Of a DNA stretch of 64,000 nt, positions 12,680 through 24,646 are shown piece after piece. The DNA is from Octopus vulgaris (Eukaryota): contig OX597814.1 of assembly GCA_951406725.2 (NCBI GenBank), forward strand, positions 157,790,001 to 157,854,000. The letters are read 5' to 3'. Each line of letters starts with the position of its first letter. The first letter of the stretch is position 1. A model generated the notes under the pieces. The model had not been told where the DNA came from. It worked only from the letters and a program-made list of their open reading frames with translations, and searched no databases. The position numbers and the translations under genes are program-made.

Positions 12680-13650
12680 GCAATATGGAGCAAATCAGAC
12701 AAAAAGCACACCAAAAATGCGCAGTGGATTAATAGGGAAAAGGAAAAACGAAAGAACACAATAGAACAACAGATATGGCCCACCATCACAAGCCAAGAGA
12801 TCAGGGACAATTTGAGGAGTACCAGCAACTGGAAAAAACTCCAGGGATAGACAAGGTTCCTAATTTCTGGTTGCAACAACTCATCAGTACTCATAACCCC
12901 TTAGCGGCAGCGTTCGATTTATTGTTGAGTGAGGCAGAATCAATACCAAAAGCTTGAAGAACAAATCACTTTAATTCCCAAAAACAAAAAAACCGTACAC
13001 TCACAAAATTACAGACCAATAACATGCCTATCAACAATGTACAAGACCGTAACAGCAGTCATCTATAACCGTCTTATATAGCATCTGGAAAACAACAATG
13101 TTTAATCATAAGAGCAAAAAAGGTGCTGGAGTGGCATGTAAGGCTGTAAGGAGCAACTTCTAGTAAACTGAGCCATTCATAGAGAACTGTAAGAGGAGAA
13201 AGACAAACACGAAAATTAGGAGAGAGTATTGGGGAAGAGTTAGACTAATATTAAACACTGAACTTAATATTAAAAATAAGATAATAGGGATAAACACGCA
13301 AGCCATACTCGTCAAAAAGTACAGCTTTAACATAATAAACTGGAAGATCAGTGAACAGAAAAACCTAGATAGAAAAAAGCAGAAACCTACTAACAGCGTA
13401 TCGAAGTCACCACCGCAGAGCACACGCAGACAGAATATACCTATCCCGTTCAGAAGGAGGCCGCGGCCTGATACAGACAGAGAATTACTATAAAATAATG
13501 ACAGCTGAACTAGCAAAGCACTTAGATGCAAAGAGTGGATGACTAATGCATGTAGTAAAGCAACATGAGAGAAAGAAAACTTTTCTGTATTCACAAGGAG
13601 ATGACAAAATACAAAACAGAAACAAACTATACTGATACACTGATTGTTTT
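12680..13650 (+). mobile_element. Degraded, internally deleted R4/Dong element
   Basis: TPGIDKVPNFWL, NYRPITCLSTMYK, GCKEQLL and LILNTELNIKNKIIGIN in broken frames. Starts directly after an (AAT)n tract. Confidence 0.85.
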
Positions 13651-15819
13651 ACTGTCAATTCCTCAGTTTTAAAGAATACCTCGACTCCACCGAACTGACT
13701 CGCTCGAGATATATGTCTGATGTTGTGCCATATATTGCGACGAGCACTTTGTATTTGGCGTTTGTGATCGTCCCCAGTCTTCAAAATTTAAAACTAAAAC
13801 ATCTGAATGCAACTGTTTTACAAGCCCTTGCAGCTAGAGTTTCAGGATTTGGACAAGATATAACTTTCTCCATTCAATTTTCCTAAATCTAGTTGCATCC
13901 ACTACTTTTGAGCATTTATCATCCAGGGAAAGTATAAAAATTCTTTTTATGTTTACCACACCATCGAAAGAAACCTTATTTTTGTGGCTGTTGTAGTTGT
14001 TGTTGTTGTTAGTGGTATTGTTAGTGCTGTTGCTGGTGCCTACACCGCAGCTACTACTGCAACCTATGTTATTACCCTTCCTGTAGATATTAGTGCTGCT
14101 GCTACTGTTGCTGTTACAGATTCTGCTACTGCTATTATTGCAGCTACTGTAGCTCCTGTTGTTGCTGCTACCACTATTACAGTGGTTTCTTTTGTTAGTG
14201 TTGTTGTGGTTGTTGCTATTGTTGTTTATTACAGAGGGGAGTGATAAGCAGTGATAATTAGAATTGTACTGCTGTTATCAGTTCGAATTTCCTTGAAGCA
14301 TGTTCGGACCGGTGAACAAGCTACTCACTGAATTTTGTCACGGACGATATATCCCATTTGTAGACAAGTGGTGCGAATACACCTAGATCATGTCGCAGTA
14401 CCACCTACCCAGACCGTGAGATGCAGGCATTTTGGAGTAGTTATCTCCTCTTCGGTCACAGACACCAGGCAGGCGGCGCTGCGAGCTGATTGAAGATACT
14501 GACTCCCTTATAATTTTCCAGTTGCCATACGGCGACTGATAGCGCTGTGCAGCGGCACACCGTACAGATGGGGAACGCTAAGCAGTGATACGTAAAACTG
14601 TACTGTTATTATCAGTCCGAATATGCTTAATTGTTGTGAATATTACTATGCTGATGTTGATGTTAGTGTTGTTGTTTTTGTTATATCAGTTGGATCAGTA
14701 TAGTGCCCAATGAAAATTTCTCATCCCATTCAGTTAAGAAAGAAGCTGCTGGCTGGATAAACTCAAGAAAACAAACAATGATGAACTACATTATTGTATT
14801 CTGGAGTGCGTGGGAAGACTCAGGGTTTCCTGAAATCAAGAGGTTAATTTTCTTTTTATAAAATGTGATGACATGCAACATTTGTCTCTACATGTTTATC
14901 AGCAGACATAAAGCCATGAATGATCTAATTTCGACTCTTGGTGATGTTTTCATTCAAATTTGGGCACGCCTCATTCTTCCAACATAAAAATACTTTTTGA
15001 TTTAAGAAAAAATTTGTAGGGAATTGGAAATTTCACTTTGTATATTCAGTTAGCTATCTGTATGATTGATACCTAATTCAATCACTAAACTGTGTTCTAA
15101 GCACATACATACATACATCACAGCTGCAACCTCGTTACACTAGAAAAGACATTGTCAAGAAGACTTACTGAAATGATTCATCATGTGGTGCCCTTATATG
15201 ACTTTTAAACCCGGCCAAGCTTTTACACATTTTATTACATACTAGATAACTGTGCTGGCTGGCAGGAGAAAAAGCGTCACCATATGCACTCTCTTAACAT
15301 GTCTTTTTAGACCTCCAACTGAGAGGCACACCCTTCCACATTTTACACGCATTGTTATGAATTTTAATAGCCCCATCATTGTATATTGTGTTTTTTTATT
15401 TATATATATTGTATGTCAATATCATTTTCAATTTTACTGTTTTTATCTCAATTTTTAATTTGTATTTATTTCTCGTATTTTAATTTTTAAAAAATAAATA
15501 GATGAGGGCTGGATAGAGCTCCTCTGTTTACCCAAGCTATGGCGAAGGCAGTCTATCTAAGAGAAAGTAACTCTGAATTTAAATACTTGACTGCTGTCTT
15601 GTAGTTAGAGTTTGTTTGGGCAAAGACTGTGAGAAGCACACTCTGATATAAAACCTGCGACTGCAAATGCACCCAATGAAGTCGACTTGCGTTTCTTTTT
15701 GGATTACACTGTGCAAAACTTCTCCTTTAAAAAGTGTCAAGCACATACATACATACACACATACATACATACATACATACATACATACATACATACATAC
15801 ATACATACATACATACATA

Positions 15820-18060
15820 CAGAAAGGCTAAGGGAGATCCCACGATAGGCCATATGGGAAGACAAAGAATATCGGGATAAGGAATACCCAACATACTCAA
15901 ATTTTACAAAAAAAAAAACAAAAACTATTACACCAGCAATTTACATATGTTGGAAAGAAACACAGCACCCTGCCGAATAAAATCATTCAGCCAAAACGCA
16001 CAAATGATAGTACTCGTATTAACAACACAGTAAATATTTTCCGCGAAGTCACTGTGAACGAGAAGAAATACGGTCAATACAAACACAACAATAACAAACC
16101 GTTACCATTGCACGGACATGTGGGGATCAGATATGACCTCACAAAAGCAAGTGAAGAATATAAAATACTAAAATCGCAGCTTGCACCGAAGTTGAAGTAG
16201 AACTTCACGACTTATATACATAAAGCACTGCATGAGTAAGCAATACCGACATGAGTTGGGAAAAAAACCCCACCGACATGATATTATCAGCCACCGACAA
16301 AATTGCGAGAGAACAACTAGCTCAAATCCAAACTCCCGACTTTTGGACAATAAATGTTCTGCTTTACTCTATCGAAGTAACTGTGTACCAACAGATGGAA
16401 GAAAAGGGACAAACCCAAAGGATAGTACTGGCCCAAAATCGATTAGTTCACTTATTAAAGAAAATCAACCAACTCAGGAACATGATAGGGCATTTGGACG
16501 CTATCATTAAAGGCAAAGACTAAAATGAGTTCAGGAATCACCAGCTACGACGGCATGATAGATTCTCGGCATTGTATTAGCACTGCACCGGGAAACACCC
16601 ATAAGCAGGCTGAATACTCTCAACCACGATCTACGAGCGAAAAAATTCGTTATAACAGAATTTGCACGAACGAAAAATAGGAAACCGAAAGTTTGTTCGA
16701 AATCCACCAACTATATATTGCAGTAGGCAAGGCGATAAAATCAAGATAGTATATGATCCTCCCTAGGAAAACCTAGATTTACTTTCGAGAGAAATCCGGA
16801 ATGTAAACAAAGTACATAATAGCGAGACATCATGTTTAAACGAGAGAGTATTTTGTAAATGCCTCTCTCAAAGCATATAACATCATAGAACATATTATGA
16901 AACTACTGAATAGAAAAATCGCCCGGGAGAGACCTGAGAGTAGGCTACTGGTACAAAACTTCACGTTCTACAGAGGAATTCTCATTAATATATTTAAAGA
17001 AACAATAGACGCTGAGCTAAATATGCCAGATTGACAGTTGCACGGACTACCCTTATTCTCAAGAACAATGAGACTCAGACGGCCAAATACTATTGGCCCA
17101 TAGTATGCTAGAATGTTATGTGCAAGCTGTAGAGAGGTTGTCGAAATATATTTCTCCGAGACCACTGCGAAAAAATGGTTTAATAACCAATGTTAAGACT
17201 GGAAGAAAAAAAGTAATCTATGGCTGTGCTTCCTCAACAAAGCTCTTCTTAAGGAAGCTCAGCACTATCACTGTAATCACTTAACAACTTAGCTAGACTA
17301 CAAGAAGGCGTTCAACTTTGTGCCTCACTCCTGGATGATAAAATAATAACACTTTTTCAAAGTACCAGGTGCTATATTGAATGCCATTGAACGACTGACC
17401 AAAACATGCTTCACACAGGTATCGCCAGCAACTACTGAAGCAACACCCATGGTTACAGAATTAAACAACCAGCAGGCATATTCAAGAATCATAGTTTATC
17501 TGTGATATTGCTTGTACAGGCAGTGAATCCCTTGTCAATCCTGTTTAACAAAATGCCAACGCTATATGCTAGAATATATAGAAAAGAATAAAATGGATGT
17601 CACCCATACCTATGTTGATGATGGTCTAAAGTTACGTTCTGCTAATATGATGAATATCAATAAACAGTTCGAAATAATTGCAACATTCTCACGAGAAGCA
17701 GGAATGGAGTTTGGGCAAGGTAAATGTTCATGCATGATAGTCAGCCGAAGAATGATTGCCGATGAAACAGAAAATATACACAAACGGCTTGTCTATCGCT
17801 CCTGTCCCTAATGATGTATCCTACAAGTATCCACGAGATAGTTGCATACGTCGGTGCTCTGACTAATGCCAGAACAATAAATGAATACTTCTGTGGAGAC
17901 CTGAAAATATGGAACTCAGAGCTATAAGCATTTAACAAGACTATATCTCAGAATGTTTTTGCAGCGCTAGCGCTGATACCGACGTACCAACTCGAGCAGA
18001 TAATTACAAACATGCGAAAGTCTCTTAACTCAAAAGTTCTAGTCGCTTTGTTAGCGACCG
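15820..18060 (+). mobile_element. Highly degraded R4/Dong-like element
   Basis: LDYKKAFNFVPHSW, YVDDGLKL and GMEFGQGKC remnants with many stops. Confidence 0.75.
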
Positions 18061-18261
18061 GCTTGGACTGTCTTAAGAAGAAATGAAATAAAACTCAAAG
18101 AAAATGACATATACACACACATAAGGTACGAGAGGTATTGGTATCAAGAAGACCCAAGATGGCAGGTAAGGCTGTGTAAGTGCTACGGGAGGACCGTAGT
18201 TAGACTCTCGTTCGATAATAGTACACGTGAGGAGCCTAATGGGGGGTTTTGTGTGAGCATA

Positions 18262-18700
18262 TATATGTTAAATAAAATGAAACAACAAAACCAAGGCTGC
18301 GTGGAATTTATAGGACATTTATAAAGAGAAAGGTAGTTTTACATAGTATCCTCTTGTAATAACAAGACATGAACTCCTGTCGGAATCTACATACCATGAA
18401 TAAGAATCATCTCTACTCATTGAACACAGCACTTTCCTTGAATAATGGAACTCCAACATATATTTTTACTTTTATTTTTATTCTGTTATTTCCCTTTATG
18501 CTTCCTATATCCATCCTTTTCCAAAATAACGCCTGATATTGAACTCTACTATTTCCTTCTAGTTAACTTTCTCATATCGTCTGTGATGAAGGGATATCCC
18601 TAATATTCCCAAAACAGCAGTAAGACTACCTTCCTCTTTATAAATGACCTATACATTTCACACAGCTTTGGGTTTGTTGTCTCATTTCATTTAATATATA
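18262..18700 (+). mobile_element. Aged inverted-repeat element with degenerate hammerhead (Penelope-like pLTR)
   Basis: ~18262-18343 is an imperfect reverse complement of ~18620-18700. At 18579-18626, GUCU-gUGAUGA-AGGGA..UCCC-aAAAC-AGCA-GUA-AGAC carries two core substitutions. Confidence 0.6.
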
Positions 18701-18799
18701 TACATTCACACATGCACACGCACACACACACTGCAAACGCATTCAATAATTGAAAAGAAGTTTTACTATTGATCTTCAGGCAAATACATATACATACAT

Positions 18800-18846
<47 letters not shown>

Positions 18847-19300
18847 AGAGTATGAATAATATATTTTTGTGCGCATTTGCGTTTAAGGAACAACATAAAA
18901 TTTAATTGTTACGATCACTTCTCTACACTGCAGGTATAAACTTGTCTGTCTGTATATTTCTATATACACACACAAGCACAGGCACTCACACACGGACACA
19001 CGTACAAACATACACAAAAACACGCTCGTACGCACGCGCTTGCATACACACACACCCACACACGTTTAATTACAAAATATTTCCTAGCATTGGCAGAATT
19101 TCATAGTTAGAGTGTCTCGCGGTTCAGTTTCTTTGCAGAGGCATTTTCAACTTGTTTAAAAAAAAACAAAAACAAAAAAAGTGCAAAACTGAAACGCAAC
19201 GAAATATATGTAACAAGAGAAGTTGTGTATGTGATGTGGTAATTAATTTTTCACTTGTAAACTGTCTGAAGTCCTATTTATCACAATATAATACAGAAAT

Positions 19301-19655
19301 ATGTATTGGTTATCAGTTATTGCCGTCATTCGAAAAGTGAATCCTTACGCAATAACTTTCTCAATGCTATTATTCCAAATATGCTTGGGCAGTAATGCAG
19401 CATGCCGAGAATATTATGGGACCCGTATTCACCCTTCTGTAACTGGCATTCCAGAAGCTGACAAGCTGATTAAGACGTCAAACATCCGATCAAAAATTGA
19501 GTGCTTTTCTCACTGTATGGCGTATTCCAAATGTAGTATGATTATTTACAGTGGTTCCGAGAGAGTATGTATCCTACGTAAAATCAAGCAATTACCTGAA
19601 TCCTTACCATTCATCGACATTCCTCCAAACAGCATTTACACCATGCTACAAGCTA
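19301..19655 (+). CDS. PAN/Apple + C-type lectin protein, coding exon 1 (signal peptide + PAN/Apple domain)
   Basis: Hydrophobic N-terminus (..FSMLLFQICLGSNA). PAN pattern ECFSHCMAYSKCSMIIYSGSERVCIL. Donor A|GTGAGT at 19656, phase 1. Confidence 0.85.
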
Positions 19656-19679
19656 GTGAGTAGTTTTCTTTTCATATTA

Positions 19680-19904
19680 CAATAACCCCTCGCCATATCG
19701 CAGTTCGTCTATCGCGGTTTATTATTTAAGCTTACATCGATTCCTCCGTGCTGGTGTTTTGCCTTTATAATAAAATAAATGTATACAATTTGTAAAAATA
19801 ATTTTTAAAAAAATATACAGTACAGTACTGTTTCTACTTCACGGATTTTCACTTATCGCGTAGTGTTTTGAAACGTAACACCCGCGATAGACGAAGGATT
19901 ACTG
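19680..19904. mobile_element. Tc1/pogo-type MITE
   Basis: Imperfect terminal inverted repeats CAATAACCCCTCGCCATATCGC / GCGATAGACGAAGGATTACTG with TA on both sides. Confidence 0.65.
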
Positions 19905-20103
19905 TATCACTTTTTATTTCACTTAATGTTAGACCCTGTTATTTTCTTATTGAAGAGGATATTTGTGATCTGAGACAAATTTTACTTCTGTTTCTAGTAG
20001 GTCAACGATGGATTGTGTTACGCATATTGTTCAAGAATAATTTTTGTTATTTTCATTTAAGCTTAATAATATCATCTTAACGTAATTTATAATGTATCTA
20101 GAC

Positions 20104-20172
20104 CAGTGCTTTTCAACATTTTTACTGGAGCGGAACCCTAATGTTTCGCGGAACCCTGGTTGAAAACCACTG
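20104..20172. mobile_element. 69-bp hAT-type MITE
   Basis: Terminal inverted repeats CAGTGCTTTTCAAC / GTTGAAAACCACTG and an exact 8-bp TSD ATCTAGAC (20096-20103, 20173-20180). Confidence 0.85.
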
Positions 20173-21411
20173 ATCTAGACCTACGTAAACTTGTCATTTT
20201 TTCCTTGTAAGGCATTAATTAGGATGTTTATTTAAAGGCAATTTTGCTACTACCATATAGAGTCTATCTTTTGGTTCGTATAGTGCAAATGTGTGCATGT
20301 GTGCATGTCTTTTCTGTATGAGATTAGCGCGTGTAAGGTTTATATATAAAGTAATTTCTAGCAGTATATTTTGTAAAAATCAAGTTTTTTCTATAGATTA
20401 ATTAAATGGGTTCAACAGAAAATGGTTCTGTTATGATGTACGACCACTGGTATGGATATATAAGATGTGCTTTCTGGTAATATATATGAAAATATTATAG
20501 TATCATCCACTACGTATTATAGTGTCAGCCTGTACAAAATCCTTGGATGCAGAAGCCTTTTTTCTGATCAGTGGATTAAAACAGGGTCTCTCAAACAACT
20601 CGGTGGAAAAAATTCTAGGGTTCCATGAAATAAGGTGTCTTTATATAAAAATTAAATAAGTGTAATTTATAGAAGAAACTTTACACATAAGTTTATCTAA
20701 ATAAAACAGTTATTGTATTTTTTTGTGCGATGATGTTCTCTATCTTAAATAATTCTTGCTTCAGCTAAGGTCTTATTACCAGTAAAGTGGCAACAAGGAT
20801 CGTCGCTAAAAGATAGAATAACTCAATCGACATTTTGGAAATATCGTATAAAGTTTCCGCAAGAAAATAATGAATGAGACGTTTTGATGCAATACGTACA
20901 CTCTCACACACAACTACACATAAAACATACAGAATAGTTTTCTACGTTTTGGTATTATTTAATTTAACGTTGACAGGGCTGCTTATAAAACAATAGATGA
21001 TACCATCTGTAATCGTTGCTGTGAAGGGCTTCTGTATAAGTAAGCATATTATAATTGTTGATTTCAGGAACTGTTATGTATTACATTTCACCTCTTTTAT
21101 TCTTTAGTTCGCACACCTTCTTAGCGTTCTCGTGATTGCAGCAGAACCAGTTATATGTCTGACTGTATTTTTGGCATTTTTCTTTCTATATATATCTTTG
21201 AGAATAATTTAAGTTTCTTTTCATTTACATGTTATTGTCATTGTTCTTCTTGGGACTTAGATAAATCTTGATCGCGGTATGATCAAAGACATTCCCGTCA
21301 GATGTATGCATGTATATATGTATGTCTGTGTATGTATATATATAAGTATGCATGTATATATATATATCCAGTTCAGACCTTCCAAAACTCGGTCGTTATG
21401 TATGTATATAT

Positions 21412-21814
21412 CTCTTTACTCTTTACATGTTTCAGTCATTTGACTGCGGCCATGCTGAAGCACCGCCTTTAGTCGTGCAATTCGACCACGGGACTTATTC
21501 TTTATAAGCCCAGTACTTATTCTATCGGTCTCTTTTGCCGAACCGCTAAGTGACGGGGACGTAAACACACCAACATCGGTTGTCAAGCAATGCTAGGGGT
21601 ACAAACACAGACACACAAACACATACACATACATACATATACATATATATACATATATACGACAGGCTTCTTTCAGTTTCCGTCTATCAAATCCACTCAC
21701 AAGGCATTGGTCGGCCCGGGGCTATAGCAGAATACACTTGCCCAAGATGCCACGCAGTGGGACTGAACCCGGAACCATGTGGTTGGTTAGCAAGCTACTT
21801 ACCACACAGCCACT

Positions 21815-21818
<4 letters not shown>
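21412..21818 (-). mobile_element. tRNA-derived SINE with CORE-like segment (third family)
   Basis: The reverse strand reads AGGAGTGGCTGTGTGGTAAGTAGC...GGTTCAGTCCC...CTTGGGCAAGTG. Sister copies at 22728-23110, 52230-52632, 54138, 54618 and ~63490. Confidence 0.88.
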
Positions 21819-21908
<90 letters not shown>

Positions 21909-22213
21909 TATATACATATATATATACATCAGCGGTCAGTGAGGAAGTAAAGAGTAAGAGAGGTTCGTAGATATAATATACGAGAGGGTTTATATATAGA
22001 TGAACACATCGCAAGTAGAGTTTGGGAAGTATGTTATCGAAAGAAACCTGAAATTTGCAAGAAAGTCAGATAAACGGAAATTACTGAACTCATTTGATTA
22101 GAGTTGGGAGTTAAGACTGTGGGAAAACATAATTGTGACTAATTGAAGAATTCAAAAACATTGTGTATGTATGTATGTGTGTGGTGCATGTGTGTGGTGC
22201 ATGTGTGTGTAAT

Positions 22214-22244
<31 letters not shown>

Positions 22245-22504
22245 GTATAAATAATGAGGGAGATAAATTAATATTAATTTTAATATCAATTTAAAACCAG
22301 CATACAAAAAATCTGAGAAATCAGAGAAAATTCTAATATATGTGTATATTGGCAGGGCATGACTGCTAGGTAGTCGGCCGCATGCTAGAAATAGATCATC
22401 AACGATCAAACTACAAAGAAAGTTCTCTAGAGGAAAAATTCAGCGAACACCAGAACCAAATTTGGCGGGCAGGACAGATGGAAATTTATATAAAAAACAG
22501 AATT

Positions 22505-22583
22505 AATTGCATACCTCGGTTTCGGCCTTTAACAAAAGAATTACTTACATAATTCAAATGTCCGTGGCTTCATCAGTACAATC
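22505..22583 (-). ncRNA. Minimal type I hammerhead ribozyme motif
   Basis: GAUUGUA-CUGAUGA-AGCC...GGCC-GAAAC-CGAG-GUA-UGCAAUU: 7-bp stem I, intact core and 1-bp stem III. There is an A.C mismatch at the base of stem II. Confidence 0.7.
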
Positions 22584-22727
22584 GTTCAGTGTAAATGCAA
22601 TCTAAAAAACTAACCCCAGCTTTCTGTGCCAAGACAGACACGTGCTTAGTTTTACCGATTACATTAAGGATAAAATTTCAAATGTCTTAGTTCCGGCGCG
22701 CTAAGAAATATATATATATATATATAT

Positions 22728-23110
22728 ACTCTTTTACTTGTTTCAGTCATTTGACTGTGGCCATGCTGGAGCACCGCCTGTAGTCGAGCAAATCGACCCC
22801 AGGAGTTATTCTTTGTAAGCCTAGTACTTAATCTATCGGCCTCTTTCGCCGGAACCGCCAGGTTACGGGGACGTAAACACACCACCATCGGTTGTCAAGT
22901 GATGGTGGGGGGACAAACACAGACACACAAACATATACATACACATACATACATATATACATATATACGACGAGCTTCTTTCAGTTTCTGTCTAGCAAAT
23001 CCACTTACAAGGCTTTGGTCGGCCCGAGGCTATAGTAGAAGACATTTGTCCAAGGTGCCATGTGGGGCCATGTGGTTGGTAAGCAAGCTACTTACCACAC
23101 AGCCACTGCT
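22728..23110 (-). mobile_element. tRNA-derived SINE (third family)
   Basis: Collinear with 21412-21818, with a small deletion in the head. Confidence 0.85.
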
Positions 23111-23115
23111 ACGTC

Positions 23116-23145
<30 letters not shown>

Positions 23146-23146
<1 letters not shown>

Positions 23147-24283
23147 TGGGTCATAAAGCGGTTTTTGCGATAGCATGAATTAAAAGGCGGAGGGGGACGG
23201 GATAAACTACCTGTATCAACTTGGTATAAATGCAGGTGGTAATTTTACTTTGTACTTATACTTAGTGCAAGTTTTGAAAATTGAATTTCGATTTCAAAAG
23301 TTATTTTTTCAAAGCTACAATGGAAGTCACAAACGTGCATATTCGTCATAGTTTGTACTATGAGTTATATGCCAACGCTGTTCTTGAAATTCCAAGCCGG
23401 AAATTACAGCCTAGAAGACGAGCCTCGTCCTTGAAGATCTGTAGAGCTTGACGAGAACGTCCTGCAAACACTGGTGAAACAAAGTCCCATCGTAACTGTT
23501 GAGGAACTAACAGAGAAGTTTGGATTTGGTCATTCAACCATTCATCGACACCTGCGTGCTATCGGAAAAGCTAATTGGTAAACTTTCCGAGTTTAATCGC
23601 AAGCAGAGAGAGAATGTTTGGTTTACCTTGCTGTCACGTCTCACGAATATACCTCTTTTGAACCGAATTGTGACGAGAAATGGGTTCTCTATAAAAATGC
23701 CAAGCGCCGAAGACGGTGAGTAGGGAAAGGAGAAACACCGGCGCTCCAGTCTAAAGAAAGTCTTCACCAACCTAAGGTACTGTTAACTATTTGGTTGGAT
23801 ATGGAAAGTTTATTCCACTTTGTACTTATGAATCCAAACCAAACGATAACAAAGGAGATCTACTGCAAGCAGCTTGAGCGGCTTAAGTCAGTTCTAGAAG
23901 AAGAACGAGCATCTTTGATTTCAAGACGAAAGGTGTTCTTCCATCAGGATAATGCTCGGCCGCATACAGCGTGAAAGACGTTCCAGAGGCTGGAGCAGCT
24001 TAATTGAGAACCAATACCTCATATTCACCAGATATTTCCCCATCTGATTATCATTTATTCCGTAGGCTTCAAACTCATTTGGACAGAAAAAAATATGTAG
24101 GCAACGTCAGAATAGTACTGGAGGAATATTTTTAGTCAGGGACAAGTGAATTTTGGAAGAAGGCCTTGGAGGTCTACCAAATAGATGGAAGAGTATTGTA
24201 GAAAATGAAGGAGCGTATATTTAAGATTAAAAAAGAACATTACAAGAAGTATAAAAAATTGCATAATTTATGGGATGACCCAA
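23146..24283 (+). mobile_element. Defective mariner (DD34D) transposon, copy 1
   Basis: TA-TTGGGTCAT...ATGACCCAA-TA ends. DEKWVLYKN, HQDNARPHT and YSPDISPSDYHLF motifs, with stops and deletions. Confidence 0.92.
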
Positions 24284-24297
24284 TATGTAGACATACA

Positions 24298-24331
<34 letters not shown>

Positions 24332-24552
24332 CATACATAAATGCATACATGCATACAGCAGTTGTCAAGGCAGAACTGAAATATAGAGAAAGCGACAGAG
24401 TGAGAGATCATCATCATGATCATCATCATGATCATGATCATCATGATCATCATCATCATTGTCATCATCGTCATTCTTCTTATATTTCTTCTTCTTCTTC
24501 TTCTTCTTCTTCTTCTTCTTCTTCTTCTTCTTCTTCTTCTTCTTCTTCTTTA

Positions 24553-24645
<93 letters not shown>

Positions 24646-24646
<1 letters not shown>

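Noticed and set aside
11493-12894. Poly-N/I/M/Y/T ORFs, and the many YIYI, HTHT and LSIY ORFs elsewhere
   Set aside because: They are translations of microsatellites with no coding signal.
13984-14244. Ala/Val/Thr-rich 86-aa ORF
   Set aside because: It is a degenerate (GYT)n trinucleotide repeat.
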